Assembly: GCA_025201805.1 (NCBI GenBank) | Contig: MU619237.1 | Location: forward strand, 209,237-273,236 | Source: Parasitella parasitica NRRL 2501 | Lineage: Eukaryota; Fungi; Mucoromycota | DNA length: 64,000 bases | Reading direction: 5' to 3' | Part shown: positions 10,654-23,846 of the stretch, one piece after another | How positions within the stretch are numbered: position 1 is the stretch's first letter | Layout of the letters: every line of letters begins with the position of its first letter | Translations under genes and position numbers: made by a program | Notes under the pieces: model-generated | The model's input: only the letters and a program-made list of their open reading frames with translations | Database searches by the model: none | What the model was told of the DNA's origin: nothing

Positions 10654-13592
10654 CAACAGCATCATCATGACTTCAACATAGACTCCATATTCACTGCGGC
10701 TCCGCAGGAGCATGAAAACAATGCTGGAAGCAGGAGACACTCAGTCACTGTCGGTGAGATGCACTTTCATTCGTTCGACAAGCCGCATGGATTCCATGAT
10801 TTAGAACAACTACTTGGTGCTTCTCTGCCGTCGTCATGGTCCTCGTCAAGCTCGGGCGGCTCTACTATCCAAAATAGCAATAACAATGTCGATATGATTC
10901 CTCATCGTCGTGCTCTGTCTCTTCGTTTAGACACACCTACGCAGCCTATCGACATGCACCGTGCCTCTATTTCCACCGCCTCGCCTACCACTCCGGCCTT
11001 TTTTTCTCCTAGCTTTCTTGATGCATTGAAGCAAGAAGACGACATCATGTTCGACTCCAACAACCAGTTTTCTGACGATATGATACACGATTTTATGATG
11101 TCTACGTCTGCACCGACCCCAGCATCCACTGCGGCAGCGTCCTCAGCAACAACAACTACAGCAACAACAACAATCACACCATCTGTTATCAGTGCAGGTG
11201 ACGATGTAAATAACCTTACAAACTGGCTTTTAAACCAACCTGCCACGCACAACAATCTGGCAAAGAGAAAGTCATCGACAGCATCGACAACAGCGTCGTC
11301 GACCTCGCCTTCTTCCTCGTCAGCGCATATGATGTCTACTCCGTCGCCTCCCTCTGCTCCAATGACTTCGTTATATCAGCAGCAGCACCCCTCCATCCCA
11401 GAAGAAGAGGACGAGGACATTGATACAAACCTGCTTCGCAATAGTACAATCAATTCTCGCATCATGCAAGGAGCAAACAATGCTTCCATCATGAAGCCTT
11501 TGATCCAAAAATACCTTGCCACGCTCGGAGACGAAAGAAAGATCGTTATTCTTACAAGCAAAGTCGCACAAAAGAGCTACGGCACTGAAAAAAGGTTCTT
11601 ATGCCCGCCGCCGTCCACTGTGCTTTCTGGCGCTTCTTGGCATACGATAAACCCTTCTGCTGCGCTGTCCACAAAGCCGCTGCCTCCAAACCTTGTGGTT
11701 CAGATATCAGGCGAAAAGACCAGCCAAAATGGTGTTATTGAATGGCATAATAGTAATAATACCGTAATTGATGCTAATTCTATTATGCCTGGTGATACAG
11801 TAGGCGTGACAGGAAATTGTGTATCTAAACAATTGCATATCAACGATGCAGACGAAAAGAGAAAGCGAGTCGAAGTCTATGTCAAAGTCTGTCTCGGCAA
11901 CGGCATTCATCTGGGATCCTTTGCATCAAAGGGCATCAAGGTCATCTCCAAGCCGTCCAAGAAAAGACAAAGCGTAAAGAACATGGAACGTAAGTTTATA
12001 AACAAAATAAGAAAAAACGCCCTCTTTTTTTTTTAGTGTAACTAACAACAGTATTAGTTTGCATTCATCATGGAACAACCATTTCTTTATTTAATCGTAT
12101 TCGCTCACAAACCGTTTCAACAAAATACTTGGGTGTAGCAACAAACAATAGCCATGGTAACAGCGCTGGCACCTGCTTTGTCGCTAGAACCGCTTCCTGG
12201 GATCCGTTTGTCATTTGGGTTGTCGACACAGCACGTTCTCCTGATGCACAGCAGCCGCAACAGCTTCTTCATCACCCCGACAACCCACACTTCCCTCCTC
12301 CTCCAGCCATCGCCTTGCAATCAGCGCCCGGTCAAGCCCCAATTGCATTGCATTACAATCAAACAGTCGTTCTGCAATGTGTAAGCACAGGCTTAGTCAG
12401 TCCTGTTATGGTGATTAGAAAGGTTGACAAAGGCAGCATGATTATGGGCGGCAACCGTCTCGATGATCTCTCTGGCCCTACCGGCGGTGAATGTGGCGAT
12501 GAAGCTCTAGGTGATCCTGTCTCCCAGCTCCATAAGATTGCCTTTCAGATCGTTCAAGATCCGTCTATTGCGCACAGCAACAAGGCTAATTACAGACATT
12601 ATCAATTGCCACAGCACCTGCCTACCACCGAATGGACGTTACCTCAAACAAGCCAAGCTGTAACCTATCTTGCCTGTCTCGATAATGTCGTTGGCATGCA
12701 CAAGACAACCACCGAAAGAAGCTTTGTAACTCCCCGTCCTATCCCTCCTACGCCTCCCACATCGTCCATGTCTACTTCTGCATTGAATAACCATAGCAAC
12801 ATGCCTTTGGAGTCCTCACTTCTGTCTTCATCGTGGTCTGCTGAGTCTACCTTTGATGGCTATGGCGTAATGTGTCAACAGCAGCAGCAGCAGCAGCATC
12901 ATTTGGAAACTGGTGGAGGAAAAATGACTCGAAAAAGAAGAGTTTCGTGCGATATCACTGGAAAACCAATTTCATTACCTGTAATGAAAAACAATACGAG
13001 TAATCGTCGTCGTGTCAATTCGCTTAATGATGGTGTATTAGTAAAGCACGAAAATACAGGCGCTGGTCGTCGTAGCAGCCTTTCTTCTGACCGTCGCGGT
13101 AGCATTAGCTCTGATAGCGGCATCTACCATTCAAACGGTGCTTGTTGGACCGAAGATGTTTCTGATGCTTCAGTGTGGACCATTGTTGGCACTGATTGTG
13201 CGACTTATAGATTTTGGACGCCACCAGCTATTGTCGATTTGAACTCACCCTTCTCCAATAATACCGTAGCTGCTAGCCCTATAACACCATTCCCAGTCTT
13301 GTCTGCCACCGGCAACCAACTTGTCCATAACGCGAATATCCAACAAATGCTTCATTTGACCGGCGAAAACTTTGCACGCGATATATCGGTATGGTTTGGT
13401 GACATCAAAGCGCCTCGTACAGATTACAAGTCTCGAGAATCCATTTCATGCTCTATTCCTGACCTCCAGACGTTGATGGAGAGCCCCACCGCTTTCTTGG
13501 ACAACGAAACCCAACAGCACCATAAGATTCCTATCTTATTTGTTCGTGGTGACGGTGTGGTATACAATACTGATATGTTTTATAGCTTCTAA
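10510..13592 (+). CDS. Fungal CSL (CBF1/Su(H)/LAG-1) transcription factor; exons 10510-11989, 12058-13592
   Basis: SKVAQKSYGTEKRFLCPPP, KVISKPSKKRQS, LCIHHGTTISLFNRIRSQTVSTKYL (beta-trefoil), VSQLHKIAF, WTIVGTD and the C-terminal IPT block LTGENF..DISVWFGD..LFVRGDGVVY. The long low-complexity N-terminus is typical of fungal CSL. Confidence 0.95.
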
Positions 13593-16500
13593 ATATGAAT
13601 ACACTTTTTTACATGCTTATGATTCATCAAAAAAAAAACACACCACTATGATCCTCATTATTACCCCTTTTACCCTTTTTTTCTTTTTGTATAAAATCAT
13701 TTACTCTTATGCTTCTAGTGCCTTTTTCTCTTATTTTTTCATTTTTTCAAATCCCAATAAAAATTCCTTTATTTTTTGGCTCTTTGCAGTCAGATGCAGA
13801 TACAGTTGTACAGTGTATAATTGTCAATTAAGTGTATACGTGTTTTCTCAATGGTGAAACTTCATGATGAAAATTGCCTAATTCGGGGAGAAATCCATGG
13901 ACAAGGGCTTCGTCAATTACCAGTAGAATTGTTGCACATTCTACCGTATACAAAACAATCAAGTTAAATGTTGTGATAAATGATGTTGCACATGAAATCA
14001 TTTGATTCAAATTGTTTACTGGAATACATACGTATAATATGTGTATATGTTGCATATGATGTCTTTACAGACTTTTTAGCGTATAAACAATCAACAATAA
14101 GCATCCTGAACTTTGGAGCCTTACAAAAATCAAACTTTAAATGTCTTGCACGCAAGATCAGGATTTCTTTTCGCTAGTATATAGTTTGCTTGGCTAGTTT
14201 ACAATTAATAGCTATAAGGTTTTGTATACATTGTACATGAGACGAGGAGTATACATGTATTAGTAACTTTAATGCTGTCTGTTTCTGGAATTTTACTGTT
14301 TTCCTGTCGATTAGGACAGGATAGTGAAATTTAATCTAATATTTACCCTGTTTTATAGCATCCTCCTCAATGAGTCATTCGGTTACATAAAGATTCCCGC
14401 ATCATTAGCTTAGTGTATGAAAATAGTGTCAGACAAGATATACCTTGTCAATATTAGACATGTATAATGTCTCAGCCTTGTGATTTTTTTTTTCGTCCGC
14501 TTTTAGCCTCATCTATTGTGTCCAGTTGTATATCTCTAAAGGTGGAAGATAGTACTTCAGAAAGTAGCAAGGAATTGCACCGCGGAAAAACTAAGAGTCT
14601 TTGCCATTACTTCCTGAGAAAGAAAACCAAGATAGTTGAGCCTTCCCATCCCAATTATACAACGAGCAACAAAGAAAGATAAAAGAACATAATTACAAAG
14701 GCAATACTCAAAAAGGGTTTACGTACCAATGATAAACTACAGGATAACTATTTTTTGATATTGGCTCGAAATTGAAGGGCGACTTGAAAAATAGATTCAA
14801 CTCGATGAAAGATTTGATGTAAACTCATATAGGTACGCTTGGTCCAAACTCTCCGAGATATATACACTACGATTGATAAGCAATGATTTGCAGGAGGATA
14901 TTTGCGTTGATCCAAAGATCAAGGATATTGAATGAGGGTTTGCAACGTGTGATCATGGTATCTTGAATATTCATTTTTATCCTGGAATTGTGTGCAAAAT
15001 ATAAACATTGATCAATGAATTGGTGTGCTTCTATCCAGTATGCTCTGAAGGATGCCAATTATTTGATATTACTGATCCTGACTCAATTTACAAACAGATG
15101 AGGAGAGATCGAATCAATATGGCGTTGCTGCCCTTTTCCTGGAGACACAGCTGAAAACTGAATCCATTCTTATAAGAAAATATGCTGTCTATATATGAAC
15201 AGTAGAGCTCTTGTTCGCAAAAACCCTAGGCTATGCTTTTGATTTGTCTAGCAGTTACCGTCGTGCTCAGTGATACCGGTACGTAGACGTTGATATGTTT
15301 TCAAGGATTGACTCAGTAGTGAATATCATCGTTCTTCTAATAGATCAAAAATTATCTTTTCGCATTATCCAGTTTAAAAGTTGTTGCCAACTTTTATGGG
15401 CTATCAGCATATTGCCGCTTCTGAATACAAAAGATGAGTAAATGTCTTATAAACACGGAATTTAAATACGCCCATTCAAGAAGTTGCGTGATAATACAAG
15501 CAGAGATAATGTAAAAAATGAAGGGAATGCCCTACAACCTGGCCATGTCGAGTGTTGTTTTTCTTTCGCTTCCTTGATTAATTTGTTGCTCATGTAGTAG
15601 GGTGTATGGCGTACCTAAAGTAAGAGTTCAAAACCAATTTTCTTACTTTAGATTATACAGAAACGCAGTGAGCCCGTAGTTGTTTTGAGGGGTATTGTGT
15701 CTGTAGCAAAGGAGAAAATAAAAATTTGCTAAAATGTAACATAACAAGTGTTTCCATGTAAACATGTGCCATTGGTAGCTGTTGTATTAATGCAACAGTT
15801 GGCGTTATTTTCAATCAACAAGCGCTGCTGAGATGTAGAGATACATGAACTTTTAAGCTTCTGGCAAAATATAGAGAGTGAAATTTCCAGATAGTTTGAA
15901 AGAGGCCATCAGCTACAGCCTGATCTTTTTCTTATTGTTCAACGTGGGTATGACAAAGTTTGGAAGTTAATCAAAGTTCCTCTTTTGTGATTCATACAAA
16001 ATAAAAAAGAAGAGTACAGGAATCTTCTCCTATTTCGTTCATGATACTGGATTTCTTTGAGCAGGTCTGGCATTCAGCAATTGAAATGAAAGGATAGAAG
16101 ATAAAATAGTTTGAAGACATGTTGAGACCACATATCTTGGCTCGTCTACATCTATCGCAGGTACAGTATCACCAAATTGATAAATGCTGATCCCTTTCTT
16201 TAGGGCTTAATACATAATTGATTTGTGCGACTTGTCTGTGAATGTAGAATAACGACTCGATGCCTTTTTGCTCGATGCCTTTTTGCATGCTTATTGCTAC
16301 CAGCGAGATTTCCTTACACTAGACCAGCCAGAAAGGAGACTCTTAGCCAGTCGCCGTTCTATTCTTTTGAGCTAGGCGAATGTGTTGTTCTCCAAAACTT
16401 TGTACAAAAATAAACGTAAATTAACAGTCAGTGGGTGGGTAAGTTTTCCAAGTGGAACTTCTTTTTGAAGATAACACCCTTCTTTCTTCTCTCATCTTCC

Positions 16501-16681
16501 TCCCCTCTTTTCTCTGGTTTGCTAAAAGACAAGACTAGAAAAAAAAAAAAATGAAAACTGGAGCTATGAATAAAGGGCTGACACCCTCTTCGACTGTCTT
16601 GGGCTCTCAAAAAACGTAAATGAATTGGTTGTGCCATGTGTTTTTTTTTTGTGAAATTAAAGCTGTGAGATTAGGAATACA

Positions 16682-18061
16682 ATGGTTTTTTCGTCGATAG
16701 ATAACCAGTCCGTATTATCACCCCTAAGCAATCATCAGCTCAAGAAGCTTCAATATATCCAGCCCATGAAGCCCAAGGAAGCGTCCAAAGAAAACTGGAA
16801 CAGCCATGTGTTTGTTTCATCTCCTTACGATCAACCCACTGTGCAGCATCCCTACACCAAGACAAAGCGACCTATCAAACTAATCCCACAAACATTTACA
16901 ACCAACGCCCGCAATGAAAAAATCGAAAAGACCACGCAGCGACCTACTATGGGTGGCAAAACCATCGGCGCTATTCAACATCTACCTGCCAACACTGCCA
17001 TCAACCATCATAATCGCATGTCTTCTGAGGAACTTCGGCTACTAAGCCGCCGTATCGATCCTCACGAACCATTAGCCTCACCACATGCTTCTCCCCGAAA
17101 GCCGCCACTCCCAAACATCCGCCGCAATAGTAAAAAAAGAACCCTGCAAGAGCGTATTGCTGACACTAATACTGAGGCTGACGACGAAGAAAACGAACCG
17201 CCTACCAAGAAAATCCGCCAATTCACTTGTGAGCCTTGCAAGAAGGTGTACAAGACCAGAAATGGGTTTATCTACCACAAACAAAAATGCAAAAAGATAA
17301 TCAGATTTGAAAGCAGTGCCATCATTGAATGCGTCTGCGAAAATTCCGCTGATGACACTGGCACTATGGTTGAATGCACCAAATGCAATAAATGGCTTCA
17401 TTTGAGATGTTCTGGCGGTGTCACAAAGGAGGACACTTATTGTTGCCCAAGGTGTAACCCTGCCACATTTTCGCTCCTTGACGACAACCTGCAAACAGAG
17501 CCAGAGCAAATAGCCACCACAATAGCAGGTCTCGTTGAAAATGAAAACAAAGACGAGTACGACGAAAACGAAGAGGGAGATGAGTTTGAAGACGAAGAGC
17601 AGCATATCTTTAATAATGGTCGCATTATAGCGGTTTCTGCTCTGTGCGAAGCAAAAGAAAGAGGCAAAAATCTTACCAAAACCTTTCAAGAAGCTGCTCA
17701 ACAAGAGCAAAATGGCGAGACCACAGAAGGCGAAGCTGGAAAGAACCACTTTAGCTTTCTCAGCTTATTTTCTGATGAGCTGGGCATGGAAGCAGCCACA
17801 ATGACTGTAGACTCGCCCACATTGCCACCTTCCTCAATCATTGCCGACGAGGATTGGAATAATGGCTTCAACGACTTTAACTCGAGTGATTGGTGCAATG
17901 ATGATGTACCGTCTCTGTTGTTCTCTGACAATAACCCATCATCTTCTTTTGTTGACGACTTTATTACATCAGACATTCCTTCGTCCCCTAACATGACTCA
18001 ACAAGCGGACTGGCTCCACTTTGCAAATTTTGATTTCGATTTTACTTCGGATATCAATTAA
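16682..18061 (+). CDS. C2HC/C2H2 zinc finger plus PHD finger protein
   Basis: FTCEPCKKVYKTRNGFIYHKQKC, then the PHD CVC...MVECTKCNKWLHLRC...YCCPRC. The C-terminus is acidic. Single 459-aa ORF. Confidence 0.85.
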   Translation: MVFSSIDNQSVLSPLSNHQLKKLQYIQPMKPKEASKENWNSHVFVSSPYDQPTVQHPYTKTKRPIKLIPQTFTTNARNEKIEKTTQRPTMGGKTIGAIQHLPANTAINHHNRMSSEELRLLSRRIDPHEPLASPHASPRKPPLPNIRRNSKKRTLQERIADTNTEADDEENEPPTKKIRQFTCEPCKKVYKTRNGFIYHKQKCKKIIRFESSAIIECVCENSADDTGTMVECTKCNKWLHLRCSGGVTKEDTYCCPRCNPATFSLLDDNLQTEPEQIATTIAGLVENENKDEYDENEEGDEFEDEEQHIFNNGRIIAVSALCEAKERGKNLTKTFQEAAQQEQNGETTEGEAGKNHFSFLSLFSDELGMEAATMTVDSPTLPPSSIIADEDWNNGFNDFNSSDWCNDDVPSLLFSDNNPSSSFVDDFITSDIPSSPNMTQQADWLHFANFDFDFTSDIN

Positions 18062-18506
18062 CAACCATCCTCACTCTTTATGCCACATCTCATTTTTCAT
18101 TACTTTTTTTTATTTTTTTTTATTCATATAGTCTTAGTTTATTAGTCATTTTTTTCCAGAAAAAAAAAACACAAAAAAAAAAAAAAATTGTATTAAACAT
18201 TATATCATTGTCATAATACATCCGTGGCCATCATCATGGCTTGAATATATGCATTTCAAGATGTGCTGCATTTGGCAGTTTGAAGATAACCTTTTTTGTT
18301 ACAAGTATTTGTAAGAGTTTTGCTATGGCATTTCAGGTTCCAGAAAACCATTGATTTTGGTGTGTATTCACGCGTTGTTTCAAAAAGAGATTTGCTTGTT
18401 GGGTTAACCTTCAACAAATTGGTATACAGGATGGAAAAGCCTTTTTCTCTCTCGTTCTTTTTTTTTTTTCTTTCTTTCACAAGCTAGGCTTGTAGAGTTC
18501 CAATTC

Positions 18507-21500
18507 ATGTCAGATCAAGGTAAAAAGCCCTTTGGAATGAAAGCCATTGCTTGTACAGAGAAAGATTAATATCAGTCACCTCAGATAAAGAAGAAGCCGT
18601 AACATCAGAGCAAAACGCGAACGATGAGTCTCCAAGGCTGTCAAAAAGAGCAAGGCTTATTGAAGAGAAACTGAAAACCAAGCAATCAACATCGTTGTTT
18701 GACACAGACGGTGATTTAAACAAGTGCAATATCATCGAAGGTGATCGACGTAGTAGAAATAGAACGTCTAGTAGCGAAGCATCTCAGCAATCAGCATCGC
18801 CATCACAAATATCAGCAGCAGCCAAACCAAGGGCGAAGCCAGGACCAAAGCCCAGAGCAAAGCCTGGACCGAAGCCTGGACCGAAGCCTGGACCGAAGCC
18901 TGGACCGAAGCCTGGACCGAAGCCTGACACCAAGTCTGCAAGCAGAGCAACGGCAGCCAAATCAAAAGCAGGGCCGAAACCAGGATCTCGAGGAAAATCA
19001 GGATCAGGATCAGGACCAAAGCCAACAGAGACAGCGCACTCCAGAGGCAAACCAGGGCCCAAACCAGGGCCCAAACCAAAGTCAAAGGCAAAGCAATTAA
19101 TCAAAGAGACACTGAACGAGGAGCAATACAGACATAAGCGAAAGCGAACAGAGCCTGTAAGGAGGGCTCCAGCAATGCCGCTTTATAAAAACGCAAAGCA
19201 GAAACTCTTGCCAAAGCCCAAGACAGCCATTGACCAACAAACGAACGATCTGATCTCACAGAGATTGAGCCGTATGGAGACACTGCAGCAGGACCATGAT
19301 AGGTCTGTCAAGGAACTATATCATTTAGAGCTATTCCAAAACATGCTTGAATACAAGCCAAACGCATTTATCAACGACGTTCGTTACAACAAGGCAAGCA
19401 GGGCTTATTTTCATTTTGAACCCCAAAAAAAGAAAATTTAAAAAAAAAAAAAAAATTAAAAAAAAAAAAAAAAAAAAAAAAATACTGATACTTTGTGTAG
19501 TATGTAGAAGACTTTGACATGTGGAGATCGATCAAATCAAAGGAGCCATTCGCATCGTCTCTGCAAGATCCCAAATTGATTGATCTGCTTCAGAGCGCTA
19601 TTTACGAATCAATGCACACTATACCCCATGCCCACGCCCATAGTTCAGCTCAAATCAACCCAGCTATCAACAGCAGCACTAGTAGCTTAGCTATGGCACC
19701 CATTGTCAACACCATCAGTACAGGCACAGGTCTTCGTCGACAGAACCGACAATTTGTGACTCTTGACGACTATATCAACTCATTCGTCTCCATTGACGAA
19801 AACGAAGACATTACACCTGAAGCGTGCGAATTGCTCGTTGAAAAGGAGCGAGTCATCCGTCAAAAGATCGATGCGCTCAAAAGGAGAGGAGGCTATTCTA
19901 CACCTTACTTGAAAGAGATTGCCAGCAAAAGGCCTCAGCAGCAGAATGCACACAAACACGACCCACCATTACACCACGAGAACTTGTTGTCTGACATGGT
20001 CGTCGTCTCCAAGAACTTTCTTTTGAACCAAAAATATAAACGTGCCGCAGCCCGTCGATGTGCCAAAGCGGTTGAACGTTACTGGGAGAATATCCGTACA
20101 CACGATGAACGTAGAAAACGAGAAGAGAGTAAGCGCATTGTGCGGCTGGCTAAATGGACATCCCAGCAAGTCAAAAAGAAGTGGAAGGTGGTGGAACGTG
20201 TTTGCGAGGCAAGACTAAAAGAAGTTTTGAAGGAACAGCAGGCCCAAGAAGGCCGCCGTCATTTAGAATTGATCTTGGAGCATTCAGAGCAAATGCTGAA
20301 TGTGCGCAATGAAGAATTAAGACAGCAGCAACAAAAAGCAGCGCAAACAGCAACGCAAACAGCAGAGCCAGCCCAAAACGACGACGATTTATGGCAAGAC
20401 GAAGAGGCTTATGGACAAGACGACATCAGAGACCACATGATTGAAGACCATCAAGATGAGAGTGACGATGACGAAGCTGCATTAAAGGCGCTAGAAGATG
20501 ATCAAAATATGACTGTGGAGGAATTAATGGCAAAATATCATTCCATAAAGGAACAAGAAGAGACGGACACTGAAACGGATGCGACTCAATTAGACGAGGA
20601 AAACGACTTTGGGAGCGATATGTCCTCCTCCGTTGCAGCGACAGACGATGCCGAGTTCTCAAATGTATCTGATGGCCAAGATATTCCAATTGAAGATGAC
20701 GGTCAGAGTGAAGACGATGACGAGGAACTGGATGCGCTGAATGACGATGCCAATTTGACAGTAGAGCAGCTGATACAAAAGTACAATTATAGCATAGGAA
20801 ACGACGCTGATGATGAAGAGGACAGTCAAGCAGAAGAATCAACTAAAAGACGGTCAGATTCAGACAACATGTCAATCAATAATGATGACGCTGGACAGCA
20901 CATTGCTAAGCGCCGAAAGCTATCCTCGGCATCTATACAAGAAGAATCGACACTGGCCGAACTCAACGACAAAGTAGCGTCAGGGGATGAGGATGAGGGC
21001 AGCAACTATATGTCCCAATCCATGGCATCCACAGCCGCAACCTCCAACGACAATTCTAGTAGCAGCAAATTCAATACACGCATTCCATTTCTTTTACGTG
21101 GTACTTTGCGTGAGTATCAGCATGTTGGTCTCGACTGGCTTGCCAGTTTGTACAATAACGGATTGAACGGTATCCTTGCGGATGAAATGGGTCTTGGCAA
21201 AACGATCCAAACCATAGCGCTTCTAGCTCATTTAGCTTGTGAAAAGCAAGTGTGGGGTCCTCATCTCGTAGTTGTGCCGACCAGTGTCATTCTGAACTGG
21301 GAAATGGAATTCAAAAAGTGGCTTCCTGGCTTCAAGATCATGACCTACTACGGATCGCCAAAACAGCGCAAAGAGAAGAGGATCGGATGGTCCAAGGACA
21401 ATGCATTCCATGTATGCATTACCTCATATCAGCTCGTCCTGCAAGATCAAAACATGTTTCGTCGAAAAGCATGGCAATACCTTATTTTGGACGAAGCGCA

Positions 21501-23846
21501 TCACATCAAGAACTTTCGCTCTCAACGGTGGCAGGTGCTGCTCAACTTCAACTCAAAACGACGCTTACTTCTGACAGGCACGCCTCTGCAAAACAACCTT
21601 ATGGAGTTGTGGTCGTTGCTCTACTTTCTAATGCCGAACGGCGTCTCTCAAGACATGCCTATAGGCTTTGCAAACCTCAAGGAATTTCAGGAATGGTTCT
21701 CTCATCCTGTCGACCGCATGATTGAAAACAATACACAGCAGCAAGCAGGTATGGACGAAGAATCACGTGCAGCTATCCAAAAACTTCATACCGTGCTTCG
21801 ACCCTACCTTTTACGTCGCCTGAAAGCAGATGTCGAGAAGCAAATGCCAGAGAAACACGAGCACATTGTCTACTGTCGACTGTCTAAGCGCCAAAGATAT
21901 CTGTACGACGATTTTATGAGTCGCGGAAAAACAAGAGAGACGCTGGCTAGCGGCAATTTCCTTAGCATCATCAATTGTTTGATGCAGTTGCGCAAAGTAT
22001 GCAACCACCCTGATCTGTTTGAAGAGCGTCCTATCTTGACTAGCTTTGCCATGGATGACCAGGTTCAGTTCAATGGTCAATGCTTGGAGACTTTGGTGCG
22101 CAGACACATGTCCAAGCAAACGCGCGATAAAGTCAACTTGGGCTTCTTGAATCTCATCCTCACGGACGCTAGCCAAAACAAAATCCTCAGCCAAACAGTT
22201 GCCAATGACACACTGCGTTTAGAAGCAACCAAGGATATCATGAACGAAATAGCCAATCATCAAAAGCGCATCTCTGTTGCAGAATCGCGTGCTGTTACCT
22301 CAACCAGCCATTATCAAGATCTAAAGAAATATGCAAAGTATCGAGAAATGCAGATGCACATACACGCTGCGGGTCGATGGCAAATGATACATTATGTAAA
22401 TCATTTCCGATGTGCACAAAGGCCACTCTACGATGCAAACTTGATTGCCCTGCTATCTCCTGGCACGAAATACATGTTTTCGCATGATCCCAAACAGTAT
22501 CTCGACCAATGCGAGGCTGTTTACCGGGCCGTTTCCAGTTACCGAGGTAGAATCAGCAGCAACTTGCACGTACTGGAGCAGTTTGGATTTGTTACCCCCA
22601 AAGTCGTTCTGAATGCAGACAGGAAAACCACACAGCCTCAAGTAGAGAATGACCAAATGCAGTTACTACGATCAGCAACAAGTGTGCAAAACGACATTTT
22701 TCATCCGATTGAGTCTAGGTTGTCAATCGCATTTCCAGATAAGCGTTTATTACAGTATGATTGTGGCAAGCTGCAGAAGCTGGATCAGTTGTTGCGTACT
22801 TTGGCTGCTGGTGGTCATCGTGCGTTAATCTTTACGCAGATGACTCGAGTGTTGGACGTTTTAGAGACGTTTTTGAATATGCATGGCTATCGCTATTTGC
22901 GTCTGGATGGTGCAACCAAGGTTGAACAGCGTCAGGTAATGACAGAGCATTTCAACAATGACAGACGCATCACGTGCTTTATCCTATCTACTCGAAGTGG
23001 TGGATTAGGCATCAATCTCACCGGTGCCGATACCGTTATCTTTTATGATTCGGATTGGAACCCCTCCATGGACAAGCAGTGTCAAGATAGAGCCCATCGT
23101 ATTGGCCAAACAAGAGATGTGCACATTTACAGATTCGTCACTGAATTCACTATTGAAGAAAATATCTTTAAAAAGGCAAATCAAAAGAGGTAAGTGATGC
23201 TTTGGCCTATAGTCAAAGTTTGGGTTATACTCATACCGTGGTTTCATATAGAATGTTGGACAACGTAATCATTCAAGAAGGTGATTTCACAGATGACTAT
23301 TTCAACAAGAATGAGTGGTGGAAGGATTTACCTGAAGTTGTTGGGTCTGGGTCTGCTACAGCCAGCCACGATCACTCGGAAAAGCCTATTGACTATGAGC
23401 AAGCGCTTTTGCAAGCGGAAGATGAATCAGATGCTGCTGCTGCCATTGCCGCCAGGAAGGAATTGAACATGGATGAAAATGAATTTGACGAGAATCGTCA
23501 AGTATTGAGTGAGACTGCATCTGGCCCAGCATCGCCATTTACACCTACCATGAGTTCCACACCTACAAGACAAGTGAGCGTTGGCCCTGACGCTGACGTT
23601 GAGGATGAGCATGGTGATGTGATGGTGGAGAAAGATGTAGTCTTGGAGGAAAAGCACTCGCAACCACAACCACAACCACAACCACAATCAGACCAAGAAC
23701 AGGATGAGCAAGATGATGAAGAGCAAGGACAATATGACGAGGATATGCAACTGAACGTGGGACATGTGGATCAATACATGTTGCAATTCTGGGAAAGAGA
23801 GGTGGTTGGTACAGACCTTGGGTTTGGAGGCTTTCCTGATGAATAA
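18507..23846 (+). CDS. SWR1: SWR1/SRCAP-type SNF2 chromatin-remodelling ATPase; probable exons 18507-18519, 18576-19393 (or -19378), 19501-23189, 23252-23846
   Basis: HSA-like region, LREYQHVGLDWL, GILADEMGLGKTIQTI, DEAH box, split ATPase insert, FPDKRLLQYDCGKLQ, QCQDRAHRIGQTRDVHIYR, IFKKANQKRMLDNVIIQEGDFT. Confidence 0.95.
18823..19080 (+). repeat. Coding minisatellite of 12-bp units (AAGCCTGGACCG) encoding (KPGP)n in the SWR1 N-terminus
   Basis: Five exact tandem copies from 18860, with degenerate copies (AAGCCAGGACCA, AAACCAGGGCCC x2) on either side. Confidence 0.9.

Noticed and set aside
16256-16286. 15-bp direct repeat CTCGATGCCTTTTTG x2
   Set aside because: Isolated local duplication with no flanking element structure.
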